Assembly (NCBI GenBank): GCA_965644315.1
Contig: CBFFRQ010000035.1
Coordinates: 49,277 to 113,276 of the forward strand
Reading direction: 5' to 3'
DNA from: Caecitellus pseudoparvulus
Lineage: Eukaryota > Protista > Bigyra: Bicosoecida
Length of the DNA stretch: 64,000 nucleotides
Positions 53,804 to 64,000 of this stretch are shown here, piece after piece. The notes below the pieces were generated by a model that saw only the letters and a program-made list of their open reading frames with translations, did not search any database and was not told where the DNA came from. The translations under genes were made by a program, and so were the position numbers. Numbering within the stretch: the first letter of the stretch is position 1; every line of letters begins with the position of its first letter.

Positions 53804-56800
53804 CTAGAAGTCCTCCTCCTCGTCGTCGTCGGCGCCCTCCAATCCCCGAACAGGCGAACCAGGCGGCAGCATGGAAGCCGCCTGCGTGCGAATGGCTACC
53901 ATGGCGTTGTCAGCCAGGCCGTACATGTCGATGAAGCCTTGGATGGTGACAGTCAGGTCATCCCCTGCTCGCACGCGGAAGGGGGGCGACATGCTGCCCA
54001 TGTTCACAGGGAACTCGGCCAGCTGCTGGGGCATGCGCTGGTGCGCGGCGTTGGCGATGGTCTCTGCGAAAGAGTTGTGGATGCCGTACGCATTGACGAA
54101 CTGCAGGGCTGTGTCATAGATGTCGTGCTGCTCGCCTTGCCGCACTTCGAAGTGCAGTTTGCGCCCGTCGGGGCCGTCCACCGGCACCACAAGCAGCGGC
54201 TGGCGCTTGGCCCGAGCGGCCACCTTGGCCTCCATGACGCTCAGCAGGTGCTGCACGCCGGCGTGCGTCTCAAGGGGCTCGCCCTGGGTGATGTTGTTCA
54301 CAGCGGCGAATTCGTACACGGCCTCCGTCGTGTTGGCGCCTTGGGCAATGACGAGCGTCTTGCGGAAGCCACCAGGCACCACCGTCGTGGCGGTTGCCTG
54401 GTACGGCTCCACGGTGGGCGCACGCTCAATGAGGGACGCCTTCAGGCTTTGCGCACCGGCTTCTGTGAGGGCGTACTTCATGGCAAACTTGCGCACCAAT
54501 TCATCCAGGTCCTTCCCCTTGCGCACCCGCAGCGGGACCTCCTTCAGGGCGCCTGTCTGCGCGTCATCCAGAGTCACGTTGATGGAGTACGCGATGCGGT
54601 CCGCCTTGCCTCGCGCAGCGTACTCCTTCAACGACTCCAGGCGCTGCAAGCGCAGGGCCTCTGCCGCAGCCTGCTCCTGCATGATGGCTTCCACCTGGAA
54701 GTCGCTGCTGTTCATGTTGGCCTGCAGCCCCTTCACCACCCTCACTGCCTCTTCCAGGATCTCCTTCTCACGCAGGCGGATGGCAATGGCTGCCGTGCGA
54801 AGTGGCCCTGCCTTGGATCGCCGGGCAGCCGCCAGGGCGGCCTGGTCACTCTCAATCGTCCCGGGGGAGCTTTCCCGCATGTCCTGGATAACGTTCAGCA
54901 GAGCCTCCAGCGTCTTCTCCTCGTTTGCAACGGTGATGGCCTGGCTCGTGTTGAAGCTCTTGTGGCTGCCTTCACAGCCGCCAGCGGGGGGGAAGTCGTC
55001 GCAGTTGCACTCGTGATCGTGGAATGGGTGGGGGCCAGGCGGGCACAGGAAGTCCAGCTCCGTCTCGTGGATGATGTGCGTGCGGACGGCACACAGCAGC
55101 TGGCTGGTGATGTTGCCGTACTTGACTTTGTGGTCCGCGCCATTGCCGCAGTCAGACAGCAGCTCCTTCTTCCGCTTCATCAGCTTGTCCACCTCATCCA
55201 TGCCTGGCCTGGGCCGCACGCCGTCATTGTAGAACGCAGTCGTGCGGTTCAGGGTCTTCAGCACGCTAGGCTCGTCGTGGTCCGCGGCGATGGCATCCTG
55301 CAACTCCAGCGCCGCGTTTGACATGGCTCGCTGGGCCTTGGCGACGTCATCATCGTCGCTCTCGGGCTTTGCTGCAGCGTACAGCTGTGCATGGGAGGGG
55401 GCGTACTTTGCGGCAAGGGGGTTGGTTTCCGCCAGGATCAACGCCTGGGCCTCAGCTTTCGAGTCAGCGGCGCCCAGCAGCAACAGGTGCTGCTCGGAGT
55501 TCTCCACCTGCACACGCTGGCCGGCAAGCAGCTTGTTGGCTGCCTCCATGGCTTTCTCCTCGTCTTCGTCAAACTCGTCCCCGTACAAGTGCAGCTTGCG
55601 GGAGGCATCCCACAAGTCGCCGCTCTTGGGCGGGTACCGCAGCAGGCGCCGCCACTCGATGAGGGTGTCCAGGAACAGGTACAAGTCGTGGTTGTCCACG
55701 GGCACTCCAGGGAGAAAGAGGCGCACGCCATCTTCAGGGTTATCCTCGGGCACTTCATGGAACAGCAGCAGGCTCTCACAGTTGCTCACCGGCCCCTTAT
55801 CCATGCCCAGCATAACCCCAGCAGGGTGCTCCCCCGCGTGAAGGCGGATGTGGTTGTCAAAGTGCAGGACCATGCGGGAGGTGGAGCCAGGGGCGTGCTT
55901 CAGCAGGTGGGCGTACGGCACCAGAGCCAGGAACCTGCCAGTGGTCGTCGGCCTGTTGATCCACACCGCGTTGGCGCGGACGATGGCGAGGCCCCACCGG
56001 ATCTTGGCCAGCGAGTCCATGTTGCCGCAGACGTTGTCGAAGTCGTGCCCGCAGCCGAGAGAGTCGTGCTTGCGCAGGAAGGACATCATGTGTTCGGCAT
56101 CTTGGTCCCAGGCCTTCAGCAGGCCCTCCGCGCTGGTGCCACGCAGCTCTGCCACCACCTCCTTTCGCAGCAGCTTCATGCGCAGGTTCTGCAGGAACGG
56201 CCACCACTTGGAGTCCTTGCCTTTGGCGTGTTCGTACAGGAAGAAGGCGGTGAGGCCCCACACTTGGTTCCTCTGGAAGACGGGCTTCATCTTGTCGGAT
56301 AGCTTGCGGGTGTCCCTGTACTTGACCATCTTCAGCGTGTGCTGCGACATTGTCAGCTCTACGGGTACCTTCAGCACCTCATCCTGGTCCCCCACCGCCT
56401 CCAACGTCTCTAGCCCCGTGAAGCGCGTGCTGCTGTTCATGGAGTCGGTGTGGGCAGGCTCTGCAAAGTTCATCTTGCCGCCGCCAGCCACGAACCAGTC
56501 CTCCATTTCTTCCTGCTTGGCGCCATCCTGGATGAGGGAGCTGGTGTTGTGCGCGGCTACCTCGCCTTCGCGGTGATGCAGGGCAATGAGGTACTTGGGG
56601 TCCAACCCCTCCTCAATGCCAATGAAAAGAGTGCGGTATGTGTGCTTGCGCTTGTCCACGCGGTGCCGCTTGGCCTCACCCACCCACTCCTGGACATCGG
56701 TTTGAGCAGGGAAGGCGCCCGACAGCGAAATGGCGCCGTTCACGACGTCCTCCATAACCTTCATGGACTTTGTGTAGGCCATGACGGCATCCTCCTGTTC

Positions 56801-57244
56801 CAGTGGCACCACTGAGCCGTCGCTATCCACGGCCCCCTGTGCACCCGGCGCTGGAAGCATCGCAATGTCTTCCGCAGTCAGGCGTGGCAAGATCGTTTGC
56901 ACCGTGTCTACGTAGTCGTCAACGTCGCGCTCCAGCAGGCGCTCCTTCGCAATGCTCATGGCAAACTCCCGAATCAGCTCCTTGCTTTCGGGTTCAATAG
57001 TGCAGATGAACGGGAAGCGCTGGCATCGCTCCGTCAGCTTGTCTCCGTTGCCTGCTGCCACGGCGCTGTCCACAAAGGCACGCAGCCCCGCGTCCACAGC
57101 GTGCCCTAGGTCTTCAGTGGATGTGAACGAGACTTCCTCTGCACTATGTGCGTCGTACATGTCATGGATGGACCCTGCTGCCAGGCCCAGGGCAGCACAC
57201 GCCCAGAGGGCTGCTGCCACGCTTGTCAACCCGCCGAAACGCAT
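53804..57244 (-). CDS. Signal-peptide-bearing SET-domain (Rubisco-LSMT/SETD3-like) protein with four C-terminal repeats
   Basis: Signal peptide MRFGGLTSVAAALWACAALGLAAG. SETD3/LSMT-like blocks WFVAGGG, VLKVPVELTMS, LTAFFLYE...DSKWWPFL..L, WGLAIVRANA, LVPYAHLLKH, SNCESLL and NEEK.L..L. Confidence 0.8.
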   Translation of the reverse strand: MRFGGLTSVAAALWACAALGLAAGSIHDMYDAHSAEEVSFTSTEDLGHAVDAGLRAFVDSAVAAGNGDKLTERCQRFPFICTIEPESKELIREFAMSIAKERLLERDVDDYVDTVQTILPRLTAEDIAMLPAPGAQGAVDSDGSVVPLEQEDAVMAYTKSMKVMEDVVNGAISLSGAFPAQTDVQEWVGEAKRHRVDKRKHTYRTLFIGIEEGLDPKYLIALHHREGEVAAHNTSSLIQDGAKQEEMEDWFVAGGGKMNFAEPAHTDSMNSSTRFTGLETLEAVGDQDEVLKVPVELTMSQHTLKMVKYRDTRKLSDKMKPVFQRNQVWGLTAFFLYEHAKGKDSKWWPFLQNLRMKLLRKEVVAELRGTSAEGLLKAWDQDAEHMMSFLRKHDSLGCGHDFDNVCGNMDSLAKIRWGLAIVRANAVWINRPTTTGRFLALVPYAHLLKHAPGSTSRMVLHFDNHIRLHAGEHPAGVMLGMDKGPVSNCESLLLFHEVPEDNPEDGVRLFLPGVPVDNHDLYLFLDTLIEWRRLLRYPPKSGDLWDASRKLHLYGDEFDEDEEKAMEAANKLLAGQRVQVENSEQHLLLLGAADSKAEAQALILAETNPLAAKYAPSHAQLYAAAKPESDDDDVAKAQRAMSNAALELQDAIAADHDEPSVLKTLNRTTAFYNDGVRPRPGMDEVDKLMKRKKELLSDCGNGADHKVKYGNITSQLLCAVRTHIIHETELDFLCPPGPHPFHDHECNCDDFPPAGGCEGSHKSFNTSQAITVANEEKTLEALLNVIQDMRESSPGTIESDQAALAAARRSKAGPLRTAAIAIRLREKEILEEAVRVVKGLQANMNSSDFQVEAIMQEQAAAEALRLQRLESLKEYAARGKADRIAYSINVTLDDAQTGALKEVPLRVRKGKDLDELVRKFAMKYALTEAGAQSLKASLIERAPTVEPYQATATTVVPGGFRKTLVIAQGANTTEAVYEFAAVNNITQGEPLETHAGVQHLLSVMEAKVAARAKRQPLLVVPVDGPDGRKLHFEVRQGEQHDIYDTALQFVNAYGIHNSFAETIANAAHQRMPQQLAEFPVNMGSMSPPFRVRAGDDLTVTIQGFIDMYGLADNAMVAIRTQAASMLPPGSPVRGLEGADDDEEEDF

Positions 57245-57463
57245 TGCAACGGAAGGCGCCGCAATGCAAAGGTGATGCTGCACGCTCACAAGTCTGCACA
57301 CGGCAGAAAAGGGGCAGGGGCAAATCAAAACTTGCCCATGCATTCGATGGCATGAATTTTAATTCGTGAGGTGTTTATTTTGCGGGCCTGTCGCGAGTGG
57401 AGCCACGGGCTTGGATTGAGCGCGGAATTTGAGCAGGGTTGACAGCACACCCAACAACCTCGC

Positions 57464-58013
57464 ATGGCTGCACCTGCCCAGACAGGCGCAGAGGTGGAGG
57501 AGCGGCAATTCGTCATTCAGATCCCAGAGCTGGCACAGGAACCTTTGCTGTCCCACGTCACTGCTGACACAGGCATGTCAATCCAGGTGAGCAAGTAGCG
57601 TGCAGAGATGGTGACAGCCCAAAGCACTCCGAGGCCCCGGCCGGGCCCCTGCACAGGGCTTGGACACCGAGGCCCCTGTCATGCACCTGGGCGCATATGT
57701 GCTGCATGGCACTTTTGTGGAGGACCTTGGCGATACGCTGCTGCTGGACAGGTCAGACGACCAGGCAGTGGCCTCGGCAGCCTTGCAGCATGGCACACCG
57801 GTCCCGTTCAGCAGTGCGTGCCGCCTCGCCCGCGCCAGGCTTGGTGCTTCAGATAGCTCATAGTTCACGGCACTCCCATGCCTGTCCTGGCCAGCCCTCG
57901 GTGCCCAGAAATCCCACGGCACCATCGTGTTCACACTGAGCCGCCCAGAGCCCGGCCTCGCGGCAGCTCTTCGCAACAAGCTCACGCACGCCGCCGCTAG
58001 CAGCGACCCTTAA
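57464..58013 (+). CDS. GTF3C6: TFIIIC subunit 6 (triple-barrel domain)-like; 3 exons
   Basis: Exon 57464-57586 splices to 57657, giving SIQ-GLDTEAPVMHLGAYVLHGTFVEDLGDTLLL (TFIIIC_sub6 pattern GLDT..P...G...G...D.LG..L). Last exon (to TAA 58013) less certain; the unspliced stop would be 57863. Confidence 0.7.
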
Positions 58014-58025
58014 GCGCCAGTGCAT

Positions 58026-59537
58026 TCACCACAGCCGGACGTGGCTGTGCAGCTGGGCGTTGGCGATGCGCCGTGCACCTGCCTTGCCCTTCTCCTGCTG
58101 CTGTGCCCGCACGGCATCCGTGTCCAGGCCCAGACCAGACGCCACACGGGTGTTTGTGAACCGCCGCCGATTCAAAGCACTTTCCTGGGCAGCCAAGGCC
58201 GAGTCCTGGGCTGCTTTTGCCTCGGCGTGCTGCGCCGCTGCGTCCCGCAGCAACGCCGCGGTGCGTTTCTGCGCGCGCAAATGTGCCGCCCGTGCCTCTG
58301 CACGCCTGCGGTGGGTGGCTGCGTTGGCGGCGCGATTGGCAGCCACGCCCTCCTCATACGCCGCAGTGGCCTCAGCTGCCTCTGCACGCAATTTTCCTCT
58401 CAGCAAACGGGCGTTCTCCCGCTGCACCGCCTTGGCTGCAGCCTTGCGTCGTGCCGCTGCCTCACGCTCAGCTGCTGCCTCGGCCGCGAAGCGTTTCGCC
58501 ATGGCTTGCGTCTGCACAGCCTGTGCGCGTGCCTCGTCTTCCTCCAGCGTGCGTGTGATGAAGGCACTGTGGTTCACGCGCCGCACCTTGAACGCTGTCG
58601 CCCGCCGCACCTCCTCTTCGCGTTGCGCCGCCCGCCGCTCAGCCACCGCTTGCGCCTGCACAGCTGCAGCCTCTTCACGTGCCGCTTCCGCAGCCACGGC
58701 TGCGCGGTGGGCGGCAATGGAGCCCTCATTGCTGGCCACAGTGGCCATGTGCTCCCGCCGCCTCTCGCGCCGCCGCGCTGCCTCCTCTGCCGCCGCAGCC
58801 TTGGCAGCTGCCTGGGCTCTGCGCTGGTCTGCCGCCGCCTGCGCCGCCTCGGCTGCCTGGGCTGCTGCGCGCTCCGCATTTTTCGCCTGCAGGGCGGCGG
58901 TGGCTTCCCGCTGGGCCTGCTTGCGCTGGCGCCGCTGTGCTGCTGCGCGCTCCGCTGCTGCTGCCTCTGCCTCCGCCACAGCGCGAGTCACAGCGGCCGC
59001 TTCGGCTGCCTCAGCCTGCAGCACGAGCTGCGCGCCACGCCGCTGCAGGGCCAGGGACTTCCGCATGGCGGCGTTGCGGGCTGCAGCAGCTGCCTGCACT
59101 TTGGCGCGGGTGGCTGCCTTGTCAGCCTCCTCCTCCGCTGCCAGCTGTCGCGCGGCCACCGCTTCAGCCGAGTGTGCCGCTGTCTCAGCAGCTCGAGCCA
59201 AGTGCCCACGGCGCTTGGCGTGCACGGCGCTGGATGGAGTGGTGCCTGAGAAATGCAGTGAAGATCTTTCATGTTTCCCTCTGCTCCTGCCCTGCTTTCT
59301 GCTTCGCCCACTCGCTGCAGACGGCAGGGCAGGCATGGCTGTGTCGCGGCGACGCTGGCTGGCGTTTCCTGCGCTGCAGGCAGCTGCCGCCGCCACGCCG
59401 TCCAGAGCAGACGAAGCGGCCCGTGAGTCGGGTTTCGCATACCGTCTTGCATTGCCAGAAGCTGCGTGCACACTGCCATAGCGCATGGCTGTGCCCTGTG
59501 CTGCACGCACTGCCAAAGTGTGGGCGAGGGATGGCAT
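58026..59537 (-). CDS. Ala/Arg/Glu/Gln-rich long coiled-coil protein (trichohyalin-plectin-homology/ciliary MIP-like)
   Basis: About 500-aa ORF with continuous helical A/E/R/Q composition. Family assignment is by composition only. Confidence 0.65.
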   Translation of the reverse strand: MPSLAHTLAVRAAQGTAMRYGSVHAASGNARRYAKPDSRAASSALDGVAAAAACSAGNASQRRRDTAMPALPSAASGRSRKQGRSRGKHERSSLHFSGTTPSSAVHAKRRGHLARAAETAAHSAEAVAARQLAAEEEADKAATRAKVQAAAAARNAAMRKSLALQRRGAQLVLQAEAAEAAAVTRAVAEAEAAAAERAAAQRRQRKQAQREATAALQAKNAERAAAQAAEAAQAAADQRRAQAAAKAAAAEEAARRRERRREHMATVASNEGSIAAHRAAVAAEAAREEAAAVQAQAVAERRAAQREEEVRRATAFKVRRVNHSAFITRTLEEDEARAQAVQTQAMAKRFAAEAAAEREAAARRKAAAKAVQRENARLLRGKLRAEAAEATAAYEEGVAANRAANAATHRRRAEARAAHLRAQKRTAALLRDAAAQHAEAKAAQDSALAAQESALNRRRFTNTRVASGLGLDTDAVRAQQQEKGKAGARRIANAQLHSHVRLW

Positions 59538-59678
59538 GCTGGTGGCGTGAGGCGTTTGCACGTCACAACAGGAGGGCAGGTGCCCGCACCGCCCCGAGAC
59601 AAGGGCGTCGAATCAGTGCTGAATGCGTGAATTGCCTGTGGCACCGACCTGCTCCGCACGAACGGAAGCCTCTCGCCA

Positions 59679-61329
59679 TCAGAAGGGCCTGTTGCCTCGG
59701 CCGCCCCCCCCCGCACCCCCCTTTGCGGTTTTCAGACTCACCTTCAGAGTGCGCCCTGGCTCGAGACTGGCGCCGTCCATGGCGGCGATGGCGGCAGAGG
59801 CGGCCTCGGGGTTGTCGTACGACACAAAGCCGAAGCCCTTGGAGCGCCCAGTGGCCTTGTCCACAAACACCTTGGTGGACACCACGTTGCCGAAGGGGGC
59901 GAAGGTGCTGCCCAAGTCGGAGTCACTGAACATGGCTGGAATGTTGTACACAAACAAGTTGCAGCCAGGGGGGCCACTGCGCTGGCTGGACGGGGGGCGG
60001 CCCGCTGGCGGGGGGGGCGGCGCGTAGGCTCCAGCCCCCCCTGCTGGGGGCTGGCCCGGGGGGGGTGCATGACCCCCCATGCCCCCCCCCCGGCCCCAGC
60101 CCGCCGCGTGCATGGGCTGGGGAGGGGGGGCGTAGGGGGGGTAGGCCCCCCCTCCCCACCCCGCTTGGGGGGGGGGTGCTGTAGGATGGGCTGGCCACTG
60201 TCCTCCGCCTTGGGCTGGGGGGGGTCCCCATGGCTGGGCTGAGGGGTGTGAGGGGGGGGCTGCCGCACCTGGCCACTGCCCCCCTGCAGGGGACATGCCC
60301 CAGGGTGAGGGGGGGGCGGCCGGGTGAGGTGCTGCCCCCCAACCAGCGGGGGGGGGTCCCCAGCCAGGGTGAGGGGGGGGTCCCTGTCCCCACGCAGGGG
60401 GGGGGGGTCCCTGTCCCCCTGCACCCCCCCTCCGGGCATCCCTGTCCCGGGGCGAATCGGCGAATTTGACTGTGAGGGCGCGGTGGCCTGCCGGCGAAAA
60501 CGCCGTCTGTGAGCCGTTCATCGCTGAGATGGCTGCCATTGCTGCCTGCTGCGTTGCAAATGTGATGAAGCCACAACCCTTGCTGCTGCCGTCTGGCTTG
60601 GTCAGCACGACTGCGTTCTGGATCTGCCCGAACACGCCGAACACGCCCTGCATCTCCTGCTCCGTCGTGCTGAAGGGCATCATGCCCACGAACAGCTTGG
60701 CTGGGCCACCGTCCATTGGAGGGGGGCCGCCCATGAAGCCACCCGGGCCATGGTGGTGGTATGCCTGGGCAGGTGGGGGCTGGGGTGCGCGAGACTGGCG
60801 CTCCCTGTCCGTGTGTGCCGGCGCCACCGTCATCGGGTTGCGCATGCCAGGCCAAGTGTGCTGCTTGTCCAGAGCTGCCATGGCGGCATCGGCAGAGGCC
60901 TTGTCTGCGAAGGTGATGAAGCCACACCCCCTCGAATCGCCCGTGTCACGAAACTTGAGGATCTTGAACTCCACAATCCGCCCATACGGCTCGAACACAG
61001 CACACAACTGCGGCGGGGGCGAGGGCAGCCAGCGTTTCACGTTCCGCACATGAAACTCCGCTCCCGCGCCTGCCACTCACCTCTGCCTCGCCAGCCTCCT
61101 TGGGCAGCTGTCCAACGAACAGCTTGGGCGCTGGCATGCCTGAGGGCTGAGGGGTCTGCACACTATCGCCGTGGCTTGCCTGGCTGTTGTCCCAGTGAGC
61201 TGGGGGTGCCGACGGCGCCACTGCAGCATCAGGCACCACTGCCTCTGCAGTCGGGGCTGACGGCTGCGCTGCCACAGGTGCTGGCTCAGGGACGACAGTG
61301 TCCCCTGGAGGGCCATCTTCGTCTGCCAT
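59679..61329 (-). CDS. CELF/Bruno-like RNA-binding protein (RRM1-RRM2-linker-RRM3); 2 exons
   Basis: KLFVGQLPK, SRGCGFITF, KLFVGMMP, SKGCGFITF, LTVKFADS, GPPGCNLFVYNIP and SKGFGFVSYDNP..A..AI..M.G. Confidence 0.92.
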
Positions 61330-61776
61330 CACGCCCACAGGCGTGCAAGTCGGGGTTTCGGTGGCCTTCAGCGCCGCTGCACGCAGTCAAGCCCAACTGG
61401 ATTTGCTGCGGAGATTGCCACGCCCTCTCAGCCAAGCACTGCTTGGACACTGCAACCAAGCCTTTGTCCGTAAACATACGTGTCAGAGGTACAGGCATGG
61501 TATGTCCACTGTGCCTGGCTAAGTTTGGGGGGTAAACGTTTGGTTTCTCGATCCAACATGCAAGCATAACGAGCACACACTACGGGCACGTGGCTTGACG
61601 TCCTCTTGCAACAGATTTATCGCTGAGCCACCCACCTCAGCTTCTATCGGTTGTGAGCACAGATTACACTGTCTGTCTGGCCGAATTTACGCCGGTGCCA
61701 CAAGCTCATTTGCCACTACGGTTTGACTGGCAGCCGAGCACCGTGCATTGCGCTCCAGCAAAACGAAAAGATCCAC

Positions 61777-63882
61777 TCAGACGCGGGACTTGCCACTGCG
61801 TTTCTTCAAATTATCACGGGACTGCATGGCGGCCTTGGCTCGCGCCTTGGCCAGCGTGGGGGGTGCTTCACGGAACGAGTGGATGCTCATGTCGCCTGCA
61901 AATGCACCAGGGCCTGGCGTTTCGGCTGCTTCTCGCTGCTCACGAGTCAACCCGCTTCGCGCAGGTGCGCTGCCAAAACCATATGCTGGCGCGCTGCGAT
62001 GTGTAACTTGGCGACCAAACATGGACTGAGTGCTGGATCCTTGGCTGCGCTCTCGGAGGGTGGCCACCTGTGCCTCTTCGTCAGCGGTAGCAGGCTTTGC
62101 CAGCGTTTCCCGTGCCTTGCCACCAAGGGAGAACGCTGGGGCAGCGGGCTTCACAGGCGACATGTCTGGCTGGTATGTGCCCGGCCCAGGGGACTCTTCT
62201 GAAGGGCGTGCTTTCCATGTGGACAGTGCTGCCGCACGTTTCTGCTGGGCCCCTGCTGCGCCGTTGAGTTTGCGAGGGGCTCGTGCGCGTGTTGAGCCTT
62301 GCTTGTCCTGCGTACGCCCCCGACTCGTGGCGCTGGGCGAGAGACCGAAACGAGCCGAAGGCACATTCCGCCGCCGTGCTGCGACTGGATCAGGAATCCC
62401 GTATGCGCCTGGCGCCGGAGTGTCCAGCACGTCTCTCGCGAGGCGTTGGTTGCGCACGCCAGTGAACGCTGTGCGACTGCGCAGCACTGGGCCGCCGCCC
62501 CCACCCAGAGTGCTTGGTGTCGGCGTGTAAGCGGCGGGACCAGGGCTGTCGCTGCGAGCAGTTCGCGCTGTGGCCGGTTTTGTGCCAAACGAATATGCAG
62601 GCGCCGCCCGCCCCACTATAGCACCGGAACGGCCCCCGCCCTTCTTCAGCGCATCTCTGCGTGCCTCTGCAGCCTGCAGCTTGTTCTGGATGCTTTCTTC
62701 GGCCTGCAGTGCGGCTTTCGGGTCTGAGCGGGACAGGGCTGCTCGTGATTGTGACTTGGCAGGTTTGCCGAAGCTTGTGCCTGGCGGGTTCCGGGCCTGG
62801 GACACTGCCGTGCGAGCTCGAGCTGATCTTGGCCCCGAAATGCCGCCTCTCTCGCCTTGGTAGTCCAAGGGGCTTGGCGTGTGGAAAGCGGTGGAGCCTG
62901 CAGAGCCTCCCCGCCGCCCGCCACCAAAACTGAACCCTGGCGCCGTTCGACGGCCTGACGTGAGCTGCCTGCCCAGGGACTGGAAGGGTGCCAACGACAC
63001 ATCCCCTTCAAGGGGCAGCACCGCCCTCCGTGCTGCCTCTTCCTCAGCTGCGCGCTCTGCCGCCCGCACCGTCGCCGCGGCAGGCTGCGACGGTGACTTG
63101 CGCCCGAAGCTGAAGCCAGGTGCGGTCGGCCGTGTCAGGGCGAGACCAGCCGCTGCATCGTACTGCACCGGCGACGGAGCTCCGCCACTGTCCATGCCTG
63201 CCTTCACTTTAGGTCCGCGTGATGTAGAGTCCTTGAATCGCGCCGACTGTGAGAAGCCATAGGCTGGAGCAGACGGGATCAGCCCCGTCACTCGCCGAGC
63301 GCCAATGACTGCAGCACCATCTTGGGAATATGCGCCAGGACCTGGTGCTTCGTCTACGCTAGCACGTCTTGCTGAGCTCCTGGTCACACCATCGCCGTGA
63401 AAGCCCTGTGAGAAGACACGACAATCCTGTTGCATGCGACGGTCGCTGCGGTTTCACCATTTGACGCCCCTACCCACCCTTGGCCTCCCAGACAGCGAGA
63501 ACGCCGCACTGGATGCATGACGAGAATTCGCTTGCTTTCCAAGTCCACTCGTTGAGCCAGCATACTCTGCAGGGCCCGGGGTGCCTCGGGCTCCAGCATC
63601 ACTTGGCAGCCGACTGGCCTTGCCAAACGAGAGCTGAGAAGGCCGGCAGGAGGCCGTGAGTGAAGGAGCGGGCAAGCACACTTCAGAAGTGCGTTGCACA
63701 CGTACCTTGGGCATGGCATGCTGGTGGCTGACTACTGCGCTGCCTGGGTCTCCCCGCACCTCATACTTCCCCGGCCCAGGTCCAAGCTCCGCGTCGGAAC
63801 GAGGCCCACTCGTCCGGCTGCCAAATGAGAAGCTGGGCGCCGATGCCCGGGCTGAAGACACCTGTACCCCTAGCCCCGACAT
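61777..63882 (-). CDS. STPG/SHIPPO-1 (ODF3-like) repeat protein, probably axonemal; ~3 exons
   Basis: Multiple (S/T)PGPG.Y repeats (GPGPGKY, TPGPAEY, APGPGAY, SPGPAAY, TPAPGAY, SPGPGTY, TPGPGAF) alternating with SAP.FSFG motifs. An upstream exon outside the window cannot be excluded. Confidence 0.85.
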
Positions 63883-64000
63883 TCTGACATCTAATCGGGC
63901 CGCTGGAACACTGAATGGAAAAGCTGGGGTTGGGATATTTGCCGGCCGTCGGGATTGTGCGAATGCTTGACACCTTGCCGCCGCGAGTTAAGCTACAGAT

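Overview
A gene-dense, GC-rich (about 65% by eye) eukaryotic nuclear segment, not a prokaryotic one. I built about 35 protein-coding gene models by hand. Introns are mostly short (about 60-100 nt, GT-AG, donors usually GTGCGT/GTGAGY), and intergenic gaps are very small: convergent stops lie 7-72 nt apart and divergent promoters are about 220-500 nt. Gene content (TxH MAPK, STPG/SHIPPO-repeat protein, coiled-coil proteins, RRL/LRG motifs in secreted domains, no plastid genes) suggests a flagellated protist, most likely a stramenopile; this is inference. Recognisable genes include AIFM3-like Rieske/FAD oxidoreductase, GT34, VPS37, MAPK, SEN1-like helicase, lipocalin, MAPEG-like, CD36, GRX3/PICOT, thioredoxin, a PH protein, 6PGL, ABCA, Tim17-like, VPS9/Varp-like, LYR-motif protein, CoA-type Nudix, DHHC-like, DGAT1, NADP-IDH, cytochrome b561, TFIIIC6, CELF and SHIPPO-like. 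Most notable observations: (1) AATRCA lies within 50 nt after the stop codon of 14 of about 35 genes, sometimes fused to the stop or palindromic between convergent genes, a candidate non-canonical poly(A) signal; (2) a signal-peptide-bearing, degenerate SET-domain protein with four C-terminal repeats; (3) a DHFC palmitoyltransferase variant lacking most Zn ligands, with a 9-nt microexon; (4) a TKH-type MAPK with a (Gly-Thr)17 activation-loop insert; (5) a tandem pair of unrecognised multi-TM paralogues hidden by introns; (6) a WD40 relic with an in-frame TAG. No rRNA, tRNA, CRISPR or transposon was recognised. All exon structures are manual predictions without transcript evidence.
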